A stretch of DNA of 58,956 bases, the filler included. It is 4 parts of 4 records of this genome, joined end to end, with 100 filler letters (N's around TTAATTAATTAA, not from the genome) between each part and the next. Parts side by side here need not be neighbours in the genome. Positions count along the whole stretch, not along the records: positions 1 to 25,311 come from SRR22947727_115; positions 25,412 to 32,289 come from SRR22947727_130; 2 more parts are not named here. One strand, given 5' to 3'. Position 1 is the stretch's first letter. Every line of letters begins with the position of its first letter. Both the position numbers and the translations under genes were made by a program. The notes under the pieces are model-generated. The model ran no database searches. It was not told where the DNA came from and saw nothing but the letters and a program-made list of their open reading frames with translations. Shown in pieces: positions 20,960 through 31,054 of this stretch.

Positions 20960-21579
20960 CTTTGAGCTCAAGAAATATCCATACTCTTCAAAGATCACCT
21001 AGAAAACCATTAACTGAAAAGCATATTGAAGTTATTAATAAATTAGAGGTGATGTTAGAAGAAGGCATCCCTAAGCAAACCATGTCTGAATTAGCTAGTA
21101 AATTAAAGATTTCATTAAGAACACTGTACGAGATATCTCCAAGTAAAAATCATTTAATAAGAATGACTGTCAATAGGATATTGATGAGACTTGGAAAGGA
21201 AGCTCTTGAAGAAGTTTCTAACATTAACTCACCAATTGAGGCTTTAAAAAAATACTTAAGGCATGTCAATCAGGCAGTTGGTCCAAAGTTTAAAGTATAT
21301 CTTGAGAGCCTTGGTAACGATGAAGAGTCTATGAAAATGATTGATTTTCATGAGAGGTATATCACTTCTTTTGCTAAAGATTTGCTCGATGAAGCTATTT
21401 TAAAAAAGGAAATTAGTAAAATTGATACTCAAGCATTTGCAATGCTTTTAGGTGGTATAGGACGAGACTTCGCTAAAGATGAAAACATTAAAAAATTATC
21501 AAGGTCACCAGAAGAGTCAGCAAATTCCATTACAGAAATAATTCTTAATGGTATATCTAGAGAGAATAAAAATGGGTAA
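20956..21579 (+). CDS. TetR/AcrR family transcriptional regulator
   Basis: N-terminal HTH TMSELASKLKISLRTLYEISPSK. Confidence 0.8.
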   Translation: MTLSSRNIHTLQRSPRKPLTEKHIEVINKLEVMLEEGIPKQTMSELASKLKISLRTLYEISPSKNHLIRMTVNRILMRLGKEALEEVSNINSPIEALKKYLRHVNQAVGPKFKVYLESLGNDEESMKMIDFHERYITSFAKDLLDEAILKKEISKIDTQAFAMLLGGIGRDFAKDENIKKLSRSPEESANSITEIILNGISRENKNG

Positions 21580-23353
21580 AGATACGATAAAAATTGCTAA
21601 TTGTAGTGGCTATTATGGTGACAAACTTTCTGCTGCTAAGGAGATGGTAGATGGAGGTCCTATTGATGTCTTAACAGGAGACTATCTAGCTGAATTAACA
21701 ATGGCTATCTTATTTAATCAAAAATTGCAGCGTGGAGATGACAAAGGTTATGTAGGAACATTTTTAAAGCAAATAAAAGAAATTGCTCAAACATGTAAAG
21801 AAAAAGAAATAAAAATCGTCTCAAATGCTGGTGGGCTCAACCCCTCTTCAATGGCTTTTGAAATAGAAAAAATATTAGCAGATATGGATATTAATCTTAA
21901 GGTTGCTTATATAGATGGTGATGATCTGATGCCAAGGATAGAAGAGCTTAGTGATCGTGGTGAGTTGCTCATAAATCTCGATAAAAATATTCCTCTTAGT
22001 GATTCTGGCTATCTCCCTCTAACTGCAAATGCCTATTTAGGAGCATGGGGAATTAAAGATGCTTTAGATAGAGGTGCTGATATTGTTGTATGTCCAAGAG
22101 TTACTGATGCTGCTGTTGTAATAGGACCAGCTGCATGGAAGTTTGGATGGGAAAGGGGAAATTATGATGAGCTTGCAGGCGCACTAGCAGCTGGTCATAT
22201 TATTGAATGTGGTTGTCAGGCAACTGGTGGTAATTATTCCTTTTTTAAAGAGGTGCCTAGTTTTGATAATGTTGGGTATCCAATTGCTGAAATTGAAAGC
22301 GATGGCAGTTTTACCATTACCAAACATCCAGGGACTGGAGGATTGGTATCAGTAGGCACTGTAACGGCACAACTTCTTTATGAGATAAGCTCTCCTGCAT
22401 ATATTAATCCAGATGTTGTTAGTCATTTTGATACATTGGATATTAAGCAAATATCTAAAGATAGAGTTTATGTTTCTGGCTGCAGAGGAAGTAGTCCCCC
22501 TAACAAACACAAGGTATGTATTAATCTTTCTGGTGGCTATAGGAATGGCATGGATTTGATTTTGACAGGAATGGATATTGAAGAGAAGTCTGAAGCTTTT
22601 TTAAATGCATTATTCAACTCTGTGGGTGGCAGAGAGCAATTTGATGAAGTGTCAGTAAATCTTCATAGAACAGACAAAGAAAATCCAAACTCAAATGAAG
22701 AGGCTATGGCAACTTTATCTTTATCTGTAAAATCAATGAATCCAGAGATTGTTGGAAGATTGTTTAGTGCAAAAATTATTGAGCTCTCCTTGGCTAATTA
22801 TCCAGGGTTCTTCTCAGCAGGAGGAGGAAAAAAACCTGGACCTGTAATTGTGTATTGGCCTGCATTAGTTGGCAGTGAGCACATAAAAGAATATGTTCAT
22901 CTCGATGGTGAGGTTTCAGAAATCATTCCATCAAGTCAATTAGATTCTAAAGATATTTTTTATCAAAAAAACATTAAGGATATTTCTCCTATGCCTAATG
23001 GTGAAACTAAAAAATATTTATTTGGTCAAGTGTATGGCGCAAGATCTGGCGACAAAGGTGGGTGTGCGAATATTGGAGTTTGGGCAAAAACTGATCTTTC
23101 TTATTCATTTTTGTATGATTTTTTAACAGTTAAGAGATTAAAAAAGCTAATGCCTGATTTGAGAAAATTTGAAATTGATAGATATGAATTGTCCAATATT
23201 AAATCTCTTAATTTCTATATTCATGGAATTCTTGAAGATGGGGTATCATCAAATAATAGAGTTGATGGTCAAGCAAAATCACTGGGTGAATATTTGAGAG
23301 CAAAAATCATAGATATGCCAAAATTAATAATTAATGAGAATAGCAATGGTTAA
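21572..23353 (+). CDS. atuA: acyclic terpene utilization AtuA family protein (DUF1446)
   Basis: IANCSGYYGD, DYLAELTM, AGHIIECGCQATGGNY, ARSGDKGG, DGQAKSLGE. Confidence 0.88.
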   Translation: MGKDTIKIANCSGYYGDKLSAAKEMVDGGPIDVLTGDYLAELTMAILFNQKLQRGDDKGYVGTFLKQIKEIAQTCKEKEIKIVSNAGGLNPSSMAFEIEKILADMDINLKVAYIDGDDLMPRIEELSDRGELLINLDKNIPLSDSGYLPLTANAYLGAWGIKDALDRGADIVVCPRVTDAAVVIGPAAWKFGWERGNYDELAGALAAGHIIECGCQATGGNYSFFKEVPSFDNVGYPIAEIESDGSFTITKHPGTGGLVSVGTVTAQLLYEISSPAYINPDVVSHFDTLDIKQISKDRVYVSGCRGSSPPNKHKVCINLSGGYRNGMDLILTGMDIEEKSEAFLNALFNSVGGREQFDEVSVNLHRTDKENPNSNEEAMATLSLSVKSMNPEIVGRLFSAKIIELSLANYPGFFSAGGGKKPGPVIVYWPALVGSEHIKEYVHLDGEVSEIIPSSQLDSKDIFYQKNIKDISPMPNGETKKYLFGQVYGARSGDKGGCANIGVWAKTDLSYSFLYDFLTVKRLKKLMPDLRKFEIDRYELSNIKSLNFYIHGILEDGVSSNNRVDGQAKSLGEYLRAKIIDMPKLIINENSNG

Positions 23354-24134
23354 AAATTTATCATTAGAGGGTCTAGAATTTTCTGCTACAAAAATTCATA
23401 TCTCTAGTCATATCATGACTATAACTTTAGATAGGCCTGAAAAGAAAAATGCTATCAATAATGTAATGATGAATGAGCTCAACTATGCATTGGCATATGC
23501 TAAGCAGGAAAGAGATGTAAGAGTTGTAGTTATTGGTGCTAAGGGTGATGTTTTTTGTGCAGGCGCAGATCTTAATAGAGAGCAAATGAATTCAAATGTC
23601 CCAAAGTTAGATGAAGCTAGCGACTTGAGCATATCTCTTAGGCATTTATATAAGCCTGTAATATGCAAAATTCAAGGCTCTGTCCTTGCAGGAGCTCTAT
23701 TGATGGTAACAAATGCAACTCATGCAATTGCTGCGGATAATGTAAAATTTTCAGCTCCAGAAATAAAGCGTGGGCTTTGGCCGTTTATGGTAATGGCTGG
23801 GCTATTTCGAGTAATGCCAAAAAGATCTGGCTTAGATTTTATTATGAGAGGAGAAAGTATAAGTGCTGAACAGGCAGAGCAATGGGGACTTATAAACAAA
23901 ATTGTTACTAAAAATAACTTAGACAAAGAAGTAGATGTTATTGCAAAATCTCTTTCAAAGCTGGCACCTGGAACAATGCAGATTGGTTTAGAAGCATATG
24001 CAAAACAAGATAATAAAAGTTTTGATGAGGCTTTGCCCTATTTACAGGATCAAATAGCCAGATGTTTTGAGAGTGATGATGCCAAAGAAGGGATTAGTGC
24101 ATTTCTTGAAAAAAGAAAGCCTAACTGGGATTAG
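23346..24134 (+). CDS. enoyl-CoA hydratase/isomerase family protein
   Basis: LDRPEKKNA, FCAGADL, APEIKRG, EGISAFLEKRKPNW. Confidence 0.9.
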   Translation: MVKNLSLEGLEFSATKIHISSHIMTITLDRPEKKNAINNVMMNELNYALAYAKQERDVRVVVIGAKGDVFCAGADLNREQMNSNVPKLDEASDLSISLRHLYKPVICKIQGSVLAGALLMVTNATHAIAADNVKFSAPEIKRGLWPFMVMAGLFRVMPKRSGLDFIMRGESISAEQAEQWGLINKIVTKNNLDKEVDVIAKSLSKLAPGTMQIGLEAYAKQDNKSFDEALPYLQDQIARCFESDDAKEGISAFLEKRKPNWD

Positions 24135-24152
24135 CAATAGGAGTTACTTAAA

Positions 24153-25311
24153 ATGGATTTAAATTTTGGTTCAGGGTATAAGATATTTTCAAACGAAGTT
24201 AGAGATTTTTGCATTCAATGGAAAGGTGTAAATTTTAGTGATGGTTCAAAAGTTCCTATGGGTCAAAATTTTGAACCAACTGGTAAAACTATAACTCGTC
24301 CAGAATGGCAATCAATTCTTATAGAAAATGGATATTTTGCAAGATCAGTTCCAAAAGAATATGGGGGATATGGTGGCGAAAGTGACATCATTAAAAATCG
24401 AATAATAGCTTCTATGTTTTCAAAATATAAGATTCCTCCTCCAATGGGTGGTCAAGGTATTGACATGCTTGTGCCCACTCTTTTGGAATTAGGAACAGAG
24501 GAACAAAAAAAACAATACATAAAGCCAACTCTTCTTGGAAAAATTATATGGTGCCAGGGTTACTCTGAACCAAATGCGGGCAGTGATTTAGCAGCTTTAC
24601 AAACAAAAGGCGTCCTTCTTGATGGTAATTGGGTGATTAATGGTCAAAAAATATGGACAAGCACTGCACAATATTCACAAATGATGTTCTGCCTTGTGAG
24701 GACAGAACCTGACGCAAAAAAACATGCAGGAATAAGCTATCTGTTGATACCTATGGATACTAAAGGAATAGAAGTTAGACCTTTGGTGGATATGACTTTA
24801 AAAGCGGGCTTTAATGAAGTTTTTTTTACAGATGTGACTATTCCTGAATCAAATATAGTAGGCAAAAGAGGTGAAGGATGGGCTGTTGCAAATGCGACGT
24901 TAGGTCATGAAAGAGGCTCGTTAACAGATCCAAATGCCACAATGAATAGAGTGAGCTCATTAGTTGAGATTATGAAGAAAGAGACTATTGATGGGACAAA
25001 GTTGATTGATATGCCTATTTACAGAGATAGATTGATTAAAATTCAAGGTAAAGTAATGGCATTCCAATCAAACTCCTTAAGAGTCCTATCATCAAAAATT
25101 AATTCTAATCAAGATTCAAAACTATCGGGAATGATCCAAAAACTAATAGGGACTGAAATTAGACATGAGCTAGAGGGTTTTGCAATTGATGTCATGGGAG
25201 AGCTTGGAACCTTATATGAAGATAGTCCAAATCTAAGAGATAAAGGCTCTTGGCAATTTACTTATATGTATTATTTAGGATTAATAATTGGAGGAGGTAC
25301 AAGTCAAATTC
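24153..25311 (+). CDS. acyl-CoA dehydrogenase (3' end cut by contig end)
   Basis: WCQGYSEPNAGSDLA, NGQKIWTS, IGGGTSQI. Confidence 0.9.
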
Positions 25312-25411
25312 NNNNNNNNNNNNNNNNNNNNNNNNNNNNNNNNNNNNNNNNNNNNTTAATTAATTAANNNNNNNNNNNNNNNNNNNNNNNNNNNNNNNNN
25401 NNNNNNNNNNN
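25312..25411. other. artificial contig linker
   Basis: N44-TTAATTAATTAA-N44 (stops in all six frames); genes truncated on both sides. Confidence 0.98.
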
Positions 25412-25412
25412 A

Positions 25413-27227
25413 AAAGAAATTTTAGATATTCCCGTTTTTCACGACGATCAACATGGTACAGCTATTATCACAACAGCTGCTTTAATTAACGCGCTAGATA
25501 TTTCAAAAAAGAAAATTTCTGAAGTAAAAATTGTTGTTAATGGTGCTGGTGCGTCAGCACAAGCATGTGCAAATCTATTTAAAAGTTCAGGTGTAAAAAA
25601 TGAAAATATAATTATGTGCGATAGCAAAGGTGTTATTTATGAAGGTAGAGAAAATGTTGATCAATTCAAATCTGCTCATGCTATAGCAACTAAATTAAGA
25701 ACCTTAACTGAAGCAATGAAAGGAGCTGATGTTTTCTTAGGCCTATCAGCTAAAGATGTTGTTAACAAAGATATGATAAAATCGATGGCCAAAAATCCTA
25801 TAATTTTTGCATGTGCTAATCCAGATCCTGAGATTAAACCTGAGCTTATTAAAGAAGTAAGAAATGATGCAATTATTGCTACAGGCAGATCGGACTATCC
25901 TAATCAAGTAAATAACTTAATTGGCTTTCCATACATTTTTAGGGGTGCACTTGACGTGAGATCAAGAGCAATCAATGAAGAAATGAAGGTTGCTGCAGCA
26001 AAAGCTATTGCTCTACTAGCTAGAGAGAATGTGCCTGATGAAGTTGTTTCAGCATATGGCGGTGATAGACCAAGATATGGAAAAAATTACATAATACCTT
26101 CAACTTTTGATCCAAGATTAATAAGTGTGATCCCGTCTGCAGTAGCAGAAGCAGCTATAAAAAGTGGCGTTGCTCGAAAAAAAATAGAAGATTTTGAGTT
26201 ATATAAAGATCAACTTTCAAATCGTTTAGACCCTTCAATGTCTTTAATGCAAGGTATAAATTCTAAAATTAGAAAAAATCCTAAGAGGGTTGTTTTTGCA
26301 GAGGGAGAAGATGAAAATATGCTTAAGGCAGCGATTGAGTTTGGAAGAAATAAACTAGGTAAACCTGTATTAATTGGTTCTGAAAAAAGAATTAAAGAAC
26401 AGCTTAAAAAAATAGGGTTAGACGAAAATTATAAAATTGAAATTGTTAATTCAACAGATAAAGAAAAAAGAAAAATGTATGTGAAGCATTTGTATAAAAA
26501 ATTACAAAGAGAGGGACAATTAGAAAGAGATGTTGATCGATTAGTTAGAAATGATCGAATTGCATGGGGCTCCTCAATGATAGCGTGTAAAGACGCCGAT
26601 GCAATGGTTACAGGAAACATTAGACATTATGCTGCTTCAATTGAAAAACTCAAAAAAGTTGTAGAAGCTCGACCAGGTGAGGAAATATTTGGTATGACTA
26701 TGATAGTTTCGAAAGGAAAAACTATTCTTATAGCAGATACAAATGTTAAAGATTTCCCATCCTCTGAAAGATTAGTTAAGGTATCAAAATCTTGCGTAAG
26801 AGTTGCTCGTTTATTTGGTTTTGATCCTAAAGTCGCTTTTTTATCACATTCTACTTTTGGTAAACCTATTTCAAAAAATACAAAACATGTAAGAGACGCA
26901 ATTGAAATGTTAAAAAAAGAAAAGGTTGATTTTGATTTTGACGGTGAAATGCAGCCTGATGTTGCTTTAAATCCAATTTACCAAGAAATTTATCCTTTCT
27001 CAAAAATTGTTGGTAAAGCAAACATTTTAATTATGCCTGCTTTACATAGTGCTGCGATTTCAACAAAATTAATGAAAGTTTTTGGAGGTGGAAAAAATAT
27101 TGGACCTCTCTTAATTGGATTAGGGCAACCAATTGAAGTAGCTCCACTAAGAGCCACAACATCAGAGATTTTAAATTTAGCATCTATAGCCTCTTACTCT
27201 TCAGATGTAATTGATTATTTTAACTAA
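25413..27227 (+). CDS. maeB: NADP-dependent malic enzyme with phosphotransacetylase-like domain (5' truncated)
   Basis: Frame open from the contig edge: IPVFHDDQHGTA, GAGAS, ANPDPEI, TGRSDYPNQVNN, then a PTA domain (VVFAEGED, DGEMQPD). Confidence 0.95.
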   Translation, partial: KEILDIPVFHDDQHGTAIITTAALINALDISKKKISEVKIVVNGAGASAQACANLFKSSGVKNENIIMCDSKGVIYEGRENVDQFKSAHAIATKLRTLTEAMKGADVFLGLSAKDVVNKDMIKSMAKNPIIFACANPDPEIKPELIKEVRNDAIIATGRSDYPNQVNNLIGFPYIFRGALDVRSRAINEEMKVAAAKAIALLARENVPDEVVSAYGGDRPRYGKNYIIPSTFDPRLISVIPSAVAEAAIKSGVARKKIEDFELYKDQLSNRLDPSMSLMQGINSKIRKNPKRVVFAEGEDENMLKAAIEFGRNKLGKPVLIGSEKRIKEQLKKIGLDENYKIEIVNSTDKEKRKMYVKHLYKKLQREGQLERDVDRLVRNDRIAWGSSMIACKDADAMVTGNIRHYAASIEKLKKVVEARPGEEIFGMTMIVSKGKTILIADTNVKDFPSSERLVKVSKSCVRVARLFGFDPKVAFLSHSTFGKPISKNTKHVRDAIEMLKKEKVDFDFDGEMQPDVALNPIYQEIYPFSKIVGKANILIMPALHSAAISTKLMKVFGGGKNIGPLLIGLGQPIEVAPLRATTSEILNLASIASYSSDVIDYFN

Positions 27228-27802
27228 AGCTTAGTTCTGCTTAATTCTGTGGCTAAATAAATTGATGGAATTATTTCTTTAACATCATAAATTTTATTAG
27301 CCTCTTTAATCACTTCTTTTTTTTCTTCTTCATCTAAAGCTATACCAAAAATATAAATATTTTTATTAACTGTCTCTAAAGTATAATTTCTTGCTTTAGT
27401 CTTTTTATTAAAGATTAACGCAGTTCTTAATTGACTTGTAATTAAAATATCTTTTGCTGTACTTTTAAAATTACTTTGGCCTTTAATCGTAATTGCATTT
27501 TTAACAGAACGCACACCTTTAGTTTCCCATGCCATCTTGGTTATTTTTATTTTTTTTTCTGGTTCATCAACTTTTCCTGATAAAAAAATTCTACCATCAA
27601 TAACTTCTGATTGAATTGATAAAAAATATTTTTTATCTTTTAGTGCTAATCTAGCAGAAAGATTTTTCTGCATAATCGTATCATCAATTTGCATGCCTAT
27701 AGTTCTTGGATCAAAAGTAATATTTACACCTGCGCCAAATTGGGAAACTGAGGAACAGGATGTTAATAATAACGCAGCTAATAAATTAATAATTTTTTTC
27801 AT
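27224..27802 (-). CDS. dual BON-domain lipoprotein (DolP/OsmY-like)
   Basis: Lipobox LTSC, DPRTIG..IDD, two BON repeats. Confidence 0.85.
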   Translation of the reverse strand: MKKIINLLAALLLTSCSSVSQFGAGVNITFDPRTIGMQIDDTIMQKNLSARLALKDKKYFLSIQSEVIDGRIFLSGKVDEPEKKIKITKMAWETKGVRSVKNAITIKGQSNFKSTAKDILITSQLRTALIFNKKTKARNYTLETVNKNIYIFGIALDEEEKKEVIKEANKIYDVKEIIPSIYLATELSRTKL

Positions 27803-28625
27803 TTTTAATTTTTAAGCACAAATTGTAAACTTTTTTTTTGTTAATTTTTTCTGTTTCTAAAATTAAATTTACAGTATCTTTCAAACTATACTTTTTTAAA
27901 TATTTTTTTATCTTATTCACAATTTTTTCTTCATCGAAATTCTTAATTTTGGTATTATTCTCTGAAATTGCTATTGTCAATTCACCTTTAACATTATTTT
28001 TAAATAGTTTTAATTTATCAATATCGTTTCTAATAAAAGTTTCATGAATTTTAGTGATTTCTTTTGCAATCAATATTTTTCTACCAGAGTAAAATTTTTT
28101 AAAACTCTTAATATAAAAATTTATTTTTTTTGATGGTGTAAAAAAAATTTGTGTATATTTTATTTGAGATAAAGAGATTAAAACTTTTTCTAGTTCTTTT
28201 TCAGTTTTTGGTAAAAAACCATAAAATAAAAACTGATCTTTAAAACCTGAGACACTCAAGGCAGATGTTATTGAAGAAACACCCGGAATAGGTGATATTT
28301 GAATATTGTTTTCAAGACACTGATTAACTAATAACCTTCCAGGATCTGATAATAAAGGAGTGCCTGCATCGGATATTAAAGACAAAATTTTGCCCTCTTT
28401 AAAATATTCAATAATATCCTTGAGCTTTTTTTTTTCATTAAATTTATGGTAGGAAATTAATTTTTTTCTAATTTTATAATGATTTAAAAGTTTTATTGAC
28501 CGTCGTGTATCTTCGCAAAGGATTATGTCTGAATTTTTTAAAACTTCTAATGCTCGTAAAGTGATATCATCTAAATTTCCAATAGGTGTAGAAACAATAT
28601 ATAAGTTATTTAAAAGTAGTTTCAT
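27786..28625 (-). CDS. rsmI: 16S rRNA (cytidine1402-2'-O)-methyltransferase
   Basis: LYIVSTPIGNLDDITLRA, CEDTR, ISDAGTPLLSDPG, KEITKIHE. Confidence 0.95.
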   Translation of the reverse strand: MKLLLNNLYIVSTPIGNLDDITLRALEVLKNSDIILCEDTRRSIKLLNHYKIRKKLISYHKFNEKKKLKDIIEYFKEGKILSLISDAGTPLLSDPGRLLVNQCLENNIQISPIPGVSSITSALSVSGFKDQFLFYGFLPKTEKELEKVLISLSQIKYTQIFFTPSKKINFYIKSFKKFYSGRKILIAKEITKIHETFIRNDIDKLKLFKNNVKGELTIAISENNTKIKNFDEEKIVNKIKKYLKKYSLKDTVNLILETEKINKKKVYNLCLKIKNEKNY

Positions 28626-28626
28626 T

Positions 28627-29781
28627 ATGAAAAGTAAATTTATTTTGTTAATATTTTATATACTATTTGTATTCAATTCTAATCTATTTAGTAATGAAAA
28701 TAATAGGATATTAAAAGTTGGTTTATTGGTGCCTCTTTCTGGTCCATACAGTGAAGTTGGAAATTCGTTGTTATATTCTTTGCAATTAGCCCTCGAAGAA
28801 ATAGATGACAAAAATGTTATTATAGTTCCAAAAGACTCCGGTTTTAATAATAAAGAAAAAATTAATTTAGCTATTAGTGAAATGCGTTCTAAAGGAATTA
28901 AAATAATTATCGGCCCAATTTCTCATAAAGATTTTGATGTAGTAAAGAAATATGATGACTTAATATTTATCTCTCCATCTAACATGAACCCTAAATTTTC
29001 AAACAATATTATTAGTATTGGTGTTAGTTTTGAGTCGCAATTAACAGCTTTAATAGAATTCTTAAAAAAAAAGAAAAAAACAAAAACTGTAATAATGTTT
29101 CCAAAAAATGAATATCTAGATTTAATAAAAAAAAAAATAGAAGTTTTAAATTTAAAAAATATAAGAACTTTTACATATAGCTCTAATCCTGAAGTTTTAA
29201 CTGGTGAAATTGAAACTTTAACTAATTATTCCCAAAGAAAAAGAAATCTAAATATAAGAAAAAAAATGTTAGAGGATAAAGAAGACGAGCAGTCATTAAA
29301 AGAATTAGAACGTTTAGAACAACTATACACCCTAGGCTCTGTCAACTTTGATTCGGTAATAATTATTGACTTTGGAAATAATTTAAAAAGTGTTTTAACT
29401 TCTCTAGTTTACGCAGATGTAGACCAAAATAATGTTCTATTCGCTACGATTAATCAATGGTTTGATGAAAGTATTTTTTATGAAAATACTATAAAAAATT
29501 TATATTATCCTTCTGTTAATTATAAGGAATTTAAAAAATTTAATAATAAATATTTTGAGAAATTTAAAATATATCCAAATGAAATTTCTATTTTGGCTTA
29601 TGATGCACTTGGGTTGATTTATTATGCTTGGGAAAAAAATGGTGAAATAAATTCAATAAATGATTTTTTATTTAAGAATAAGATTAAAGGAAAAATTGGA
29701 ACTTTTAACTTTAAAAATGGAAAAGTAATTCAAGAACTAGATATATATAAAACAGAAAATAATAAATTTATTAAATTTTAA
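28627..29781 (+). CDS. LppC/LpoA-like periplasmic binding-fold protein
   Basis: Signal peptide, KVGLLVPLSG, IIGP, LAYDA; typical neighbour of rsmI; start MKSKF at 28627. Confidence 0.75.
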   Translation: MKSKFILLIFYILFVFNSNLFSNENNRILKVGLLVPLSGPYSEVGNSLLYSLQLALEEIDDKNVIIVPKDSGFNNKEKINLAISEMRSKGIKIIIGPISHKDFDVVKKYDDLIFISPSNMNPKFSNNIISIGVSFESQLTALIEFLKKKKKTKTVIMFPKNEYLDLIKKKIEVLNLKNIRTFTYSSNPEVLTGEIETLTNYSQRKRNLNIRKKMLEDKEDEQSLKELERLEQLYTLGSVNFDSVIIIDFGNNLKSVLTSLVYADVDQNNVLFATINQWFDESIFYENTIKNLYYPSVNYKEFKKFNNKYFEKFKIYPNEISILAYDALGLIYYAWEKNGEINSINDFLFKNKIKGKIGTFNFKNGKVIQELDIYKTENNKFIKF

Positions 29782-30346
29782 TTTTTTTTTTTAATTTTTT
29801 GAAAGCTATATATCTATGATCCATCTTAATTTTTTTAGTTTTATTCATTTGGCCGAAGGTAATTTTATTATTATATGGAATAAAAATAGGATCATATCCA
29901 AAACCTTTTTTTCCTAAAATTTGTTTTGAAATTTTACCTTTTAATTTTCCTTCAACTGTAATTATTTTTTCATTATTTTTTTTATAGGAAAGACTGCACA
30001 CAAAAGTAGCCTCTCTGTTTTTTTTATTTTTTATTTTTTTCAAAATAAACTCCATTGCTTTTATAAAACTTCCATATTTTTTTGCTAACCTCGCAGAATA
30101 AATACCTGGTTTATTATTCAAAACTTTTATGCATAGACCTGAATCATCAGATATAACGGGGTAATCAACATATTTGGAAAAATAATTAACTTTGAGTCTT
30201 GAGTTCGAAAAAAAAGATTTACCAGTTTCTTTAGGGCTTTTAATTTTTAATGTCTCTGGTGAGATTTTTTTATATTTTCTTGATACTAAATAAGCGATTT
30301 CCTTATATTTCCCTTTATTATGAGTGCCAATTAATATTTTTTTCAT
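29771..30346 (-). CDS. rdgB: non-canonical purine NTP pyrophosphatase (RdgB/HAM1)
   Basis: THNKGK, SDDSGL, PGIYSAR, GFGYDPIF, HR. Confidence 0.93.
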   Translation of the reverse strand: MKKILIGTHNKGKYKEIAYLVSRKYKKISPETLKIKSPKETGKSFFSNSRLKVNYFSKYVDYPVISDDSGLCIKVLNNKPGIYSARLAKKYGSFIKAMEFILKKIKNKKNREATFVCSLSYKKNNEKIITVEGKLKGKISKQILGKKGFGYDPIFIPYNNKITFGQMNKTKKIKMDHRYIAFKKLKKKIKI

Positions 30347-30391
30347 ATCTAGACTAGTAATTTAGTAAATACTTACTATATAGCAAATCGC

Positions 30392-30997
30392 ATGGCTAAA
30401 AATAATAAAGAAAATACAATAAAACAAGATAAAGAATTTTTCGATCAAAATGAAAAAGTGTCGTCAGATACTCTTGTAAATGACCAAAAAGAAGAAGCTA
30501 ATGATGAAACTATTGAAGAAAAATTAAAACTATCAGAAGAAAAATTATTAAGGTCACTCGCGGAAATAGAAAATCAAAGAAGAAGATTCGAAAAAGAAGT
30601 TAAGGATGCTTTTGAATTTGGTTCATTTAATTTTGCAAAAGAAAGTTTAGCAATCCTAGATAATCTTGAAAGAGCTAAATTAGCTATGCAGGCTGATGAA
30701 AAGCTAAAAGATAGCAAGGATTTAAGTAAATTTTTAGAAAATTTAACAATTATAAAAAAAGATTTAGTTTCAATTTTTGAAAAAAATAGAATAAATAAAA
30801 TAGATACTAAGGACAAAAAATTTGACCCTAATTTTCACCAAGCAATGTCGGAAATTGAAGATAATAAAGTTGAACCAGGTACTATTCTACAGGAGATACA
30901 AGCAGGCTACATGTTGGGAGAAAGGCTTTTAAGACCAGCACTGGTGGGTGTGGCCAAAAAAATCGATAAAAATAACGATAAAAAAGAAGAAAAATAA
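30392..30997 (+). CDS. grpE: nucleotide exchange factor GrpE
   Basis: AEIENQRRR, FDPNFHQAM, GYMLGERLLRPALVGV. Confidence 0.96.
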   Translation: MAKNNKENTIKQDKEFFDQNEKVSSDTLVNDQKEEANDETIEEKLKLSEEKLLRSLAEIENQRRRFEKEVKDAFEFGSFNFAKESLAILDNLERAKLAMQADEKLKDSKDLSKFLENLTIIKKDLVSIFEKNRINKIDTKDKKFDPNFHQAMSEIEDNKVEPGTILQEIQAGYMLGERLLRPALVGVAKKIDKNNDKKEEK

Positions 30998-30998
30998 C

Positions 30999-31027
30999 CT
31001 TGTAGATGAAAAAAAAACACCCATATA
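30999..31027 (+). promoter_or_regulatory. RpoH (sigma32)-type promoter of dnaK
   Basis: CTTG-N17-CCCATATA just upstream of dnaK, fitting the alphaproteobacterial heat-shock consensus. Confidence 0.7.
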
Positions 31028-31054
31028 AAAAATACTAACAAAGGAATTAATTTA

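Noticed and set aside
16671-28626. ORF-track extended starts for msrAB (16763), atuA (21548) and the LppC-like gene (28525) implying long gene overlaps
   Set aside because: Downstream ATGs give proper signal peptides or family N-termini and remove the long overlaps
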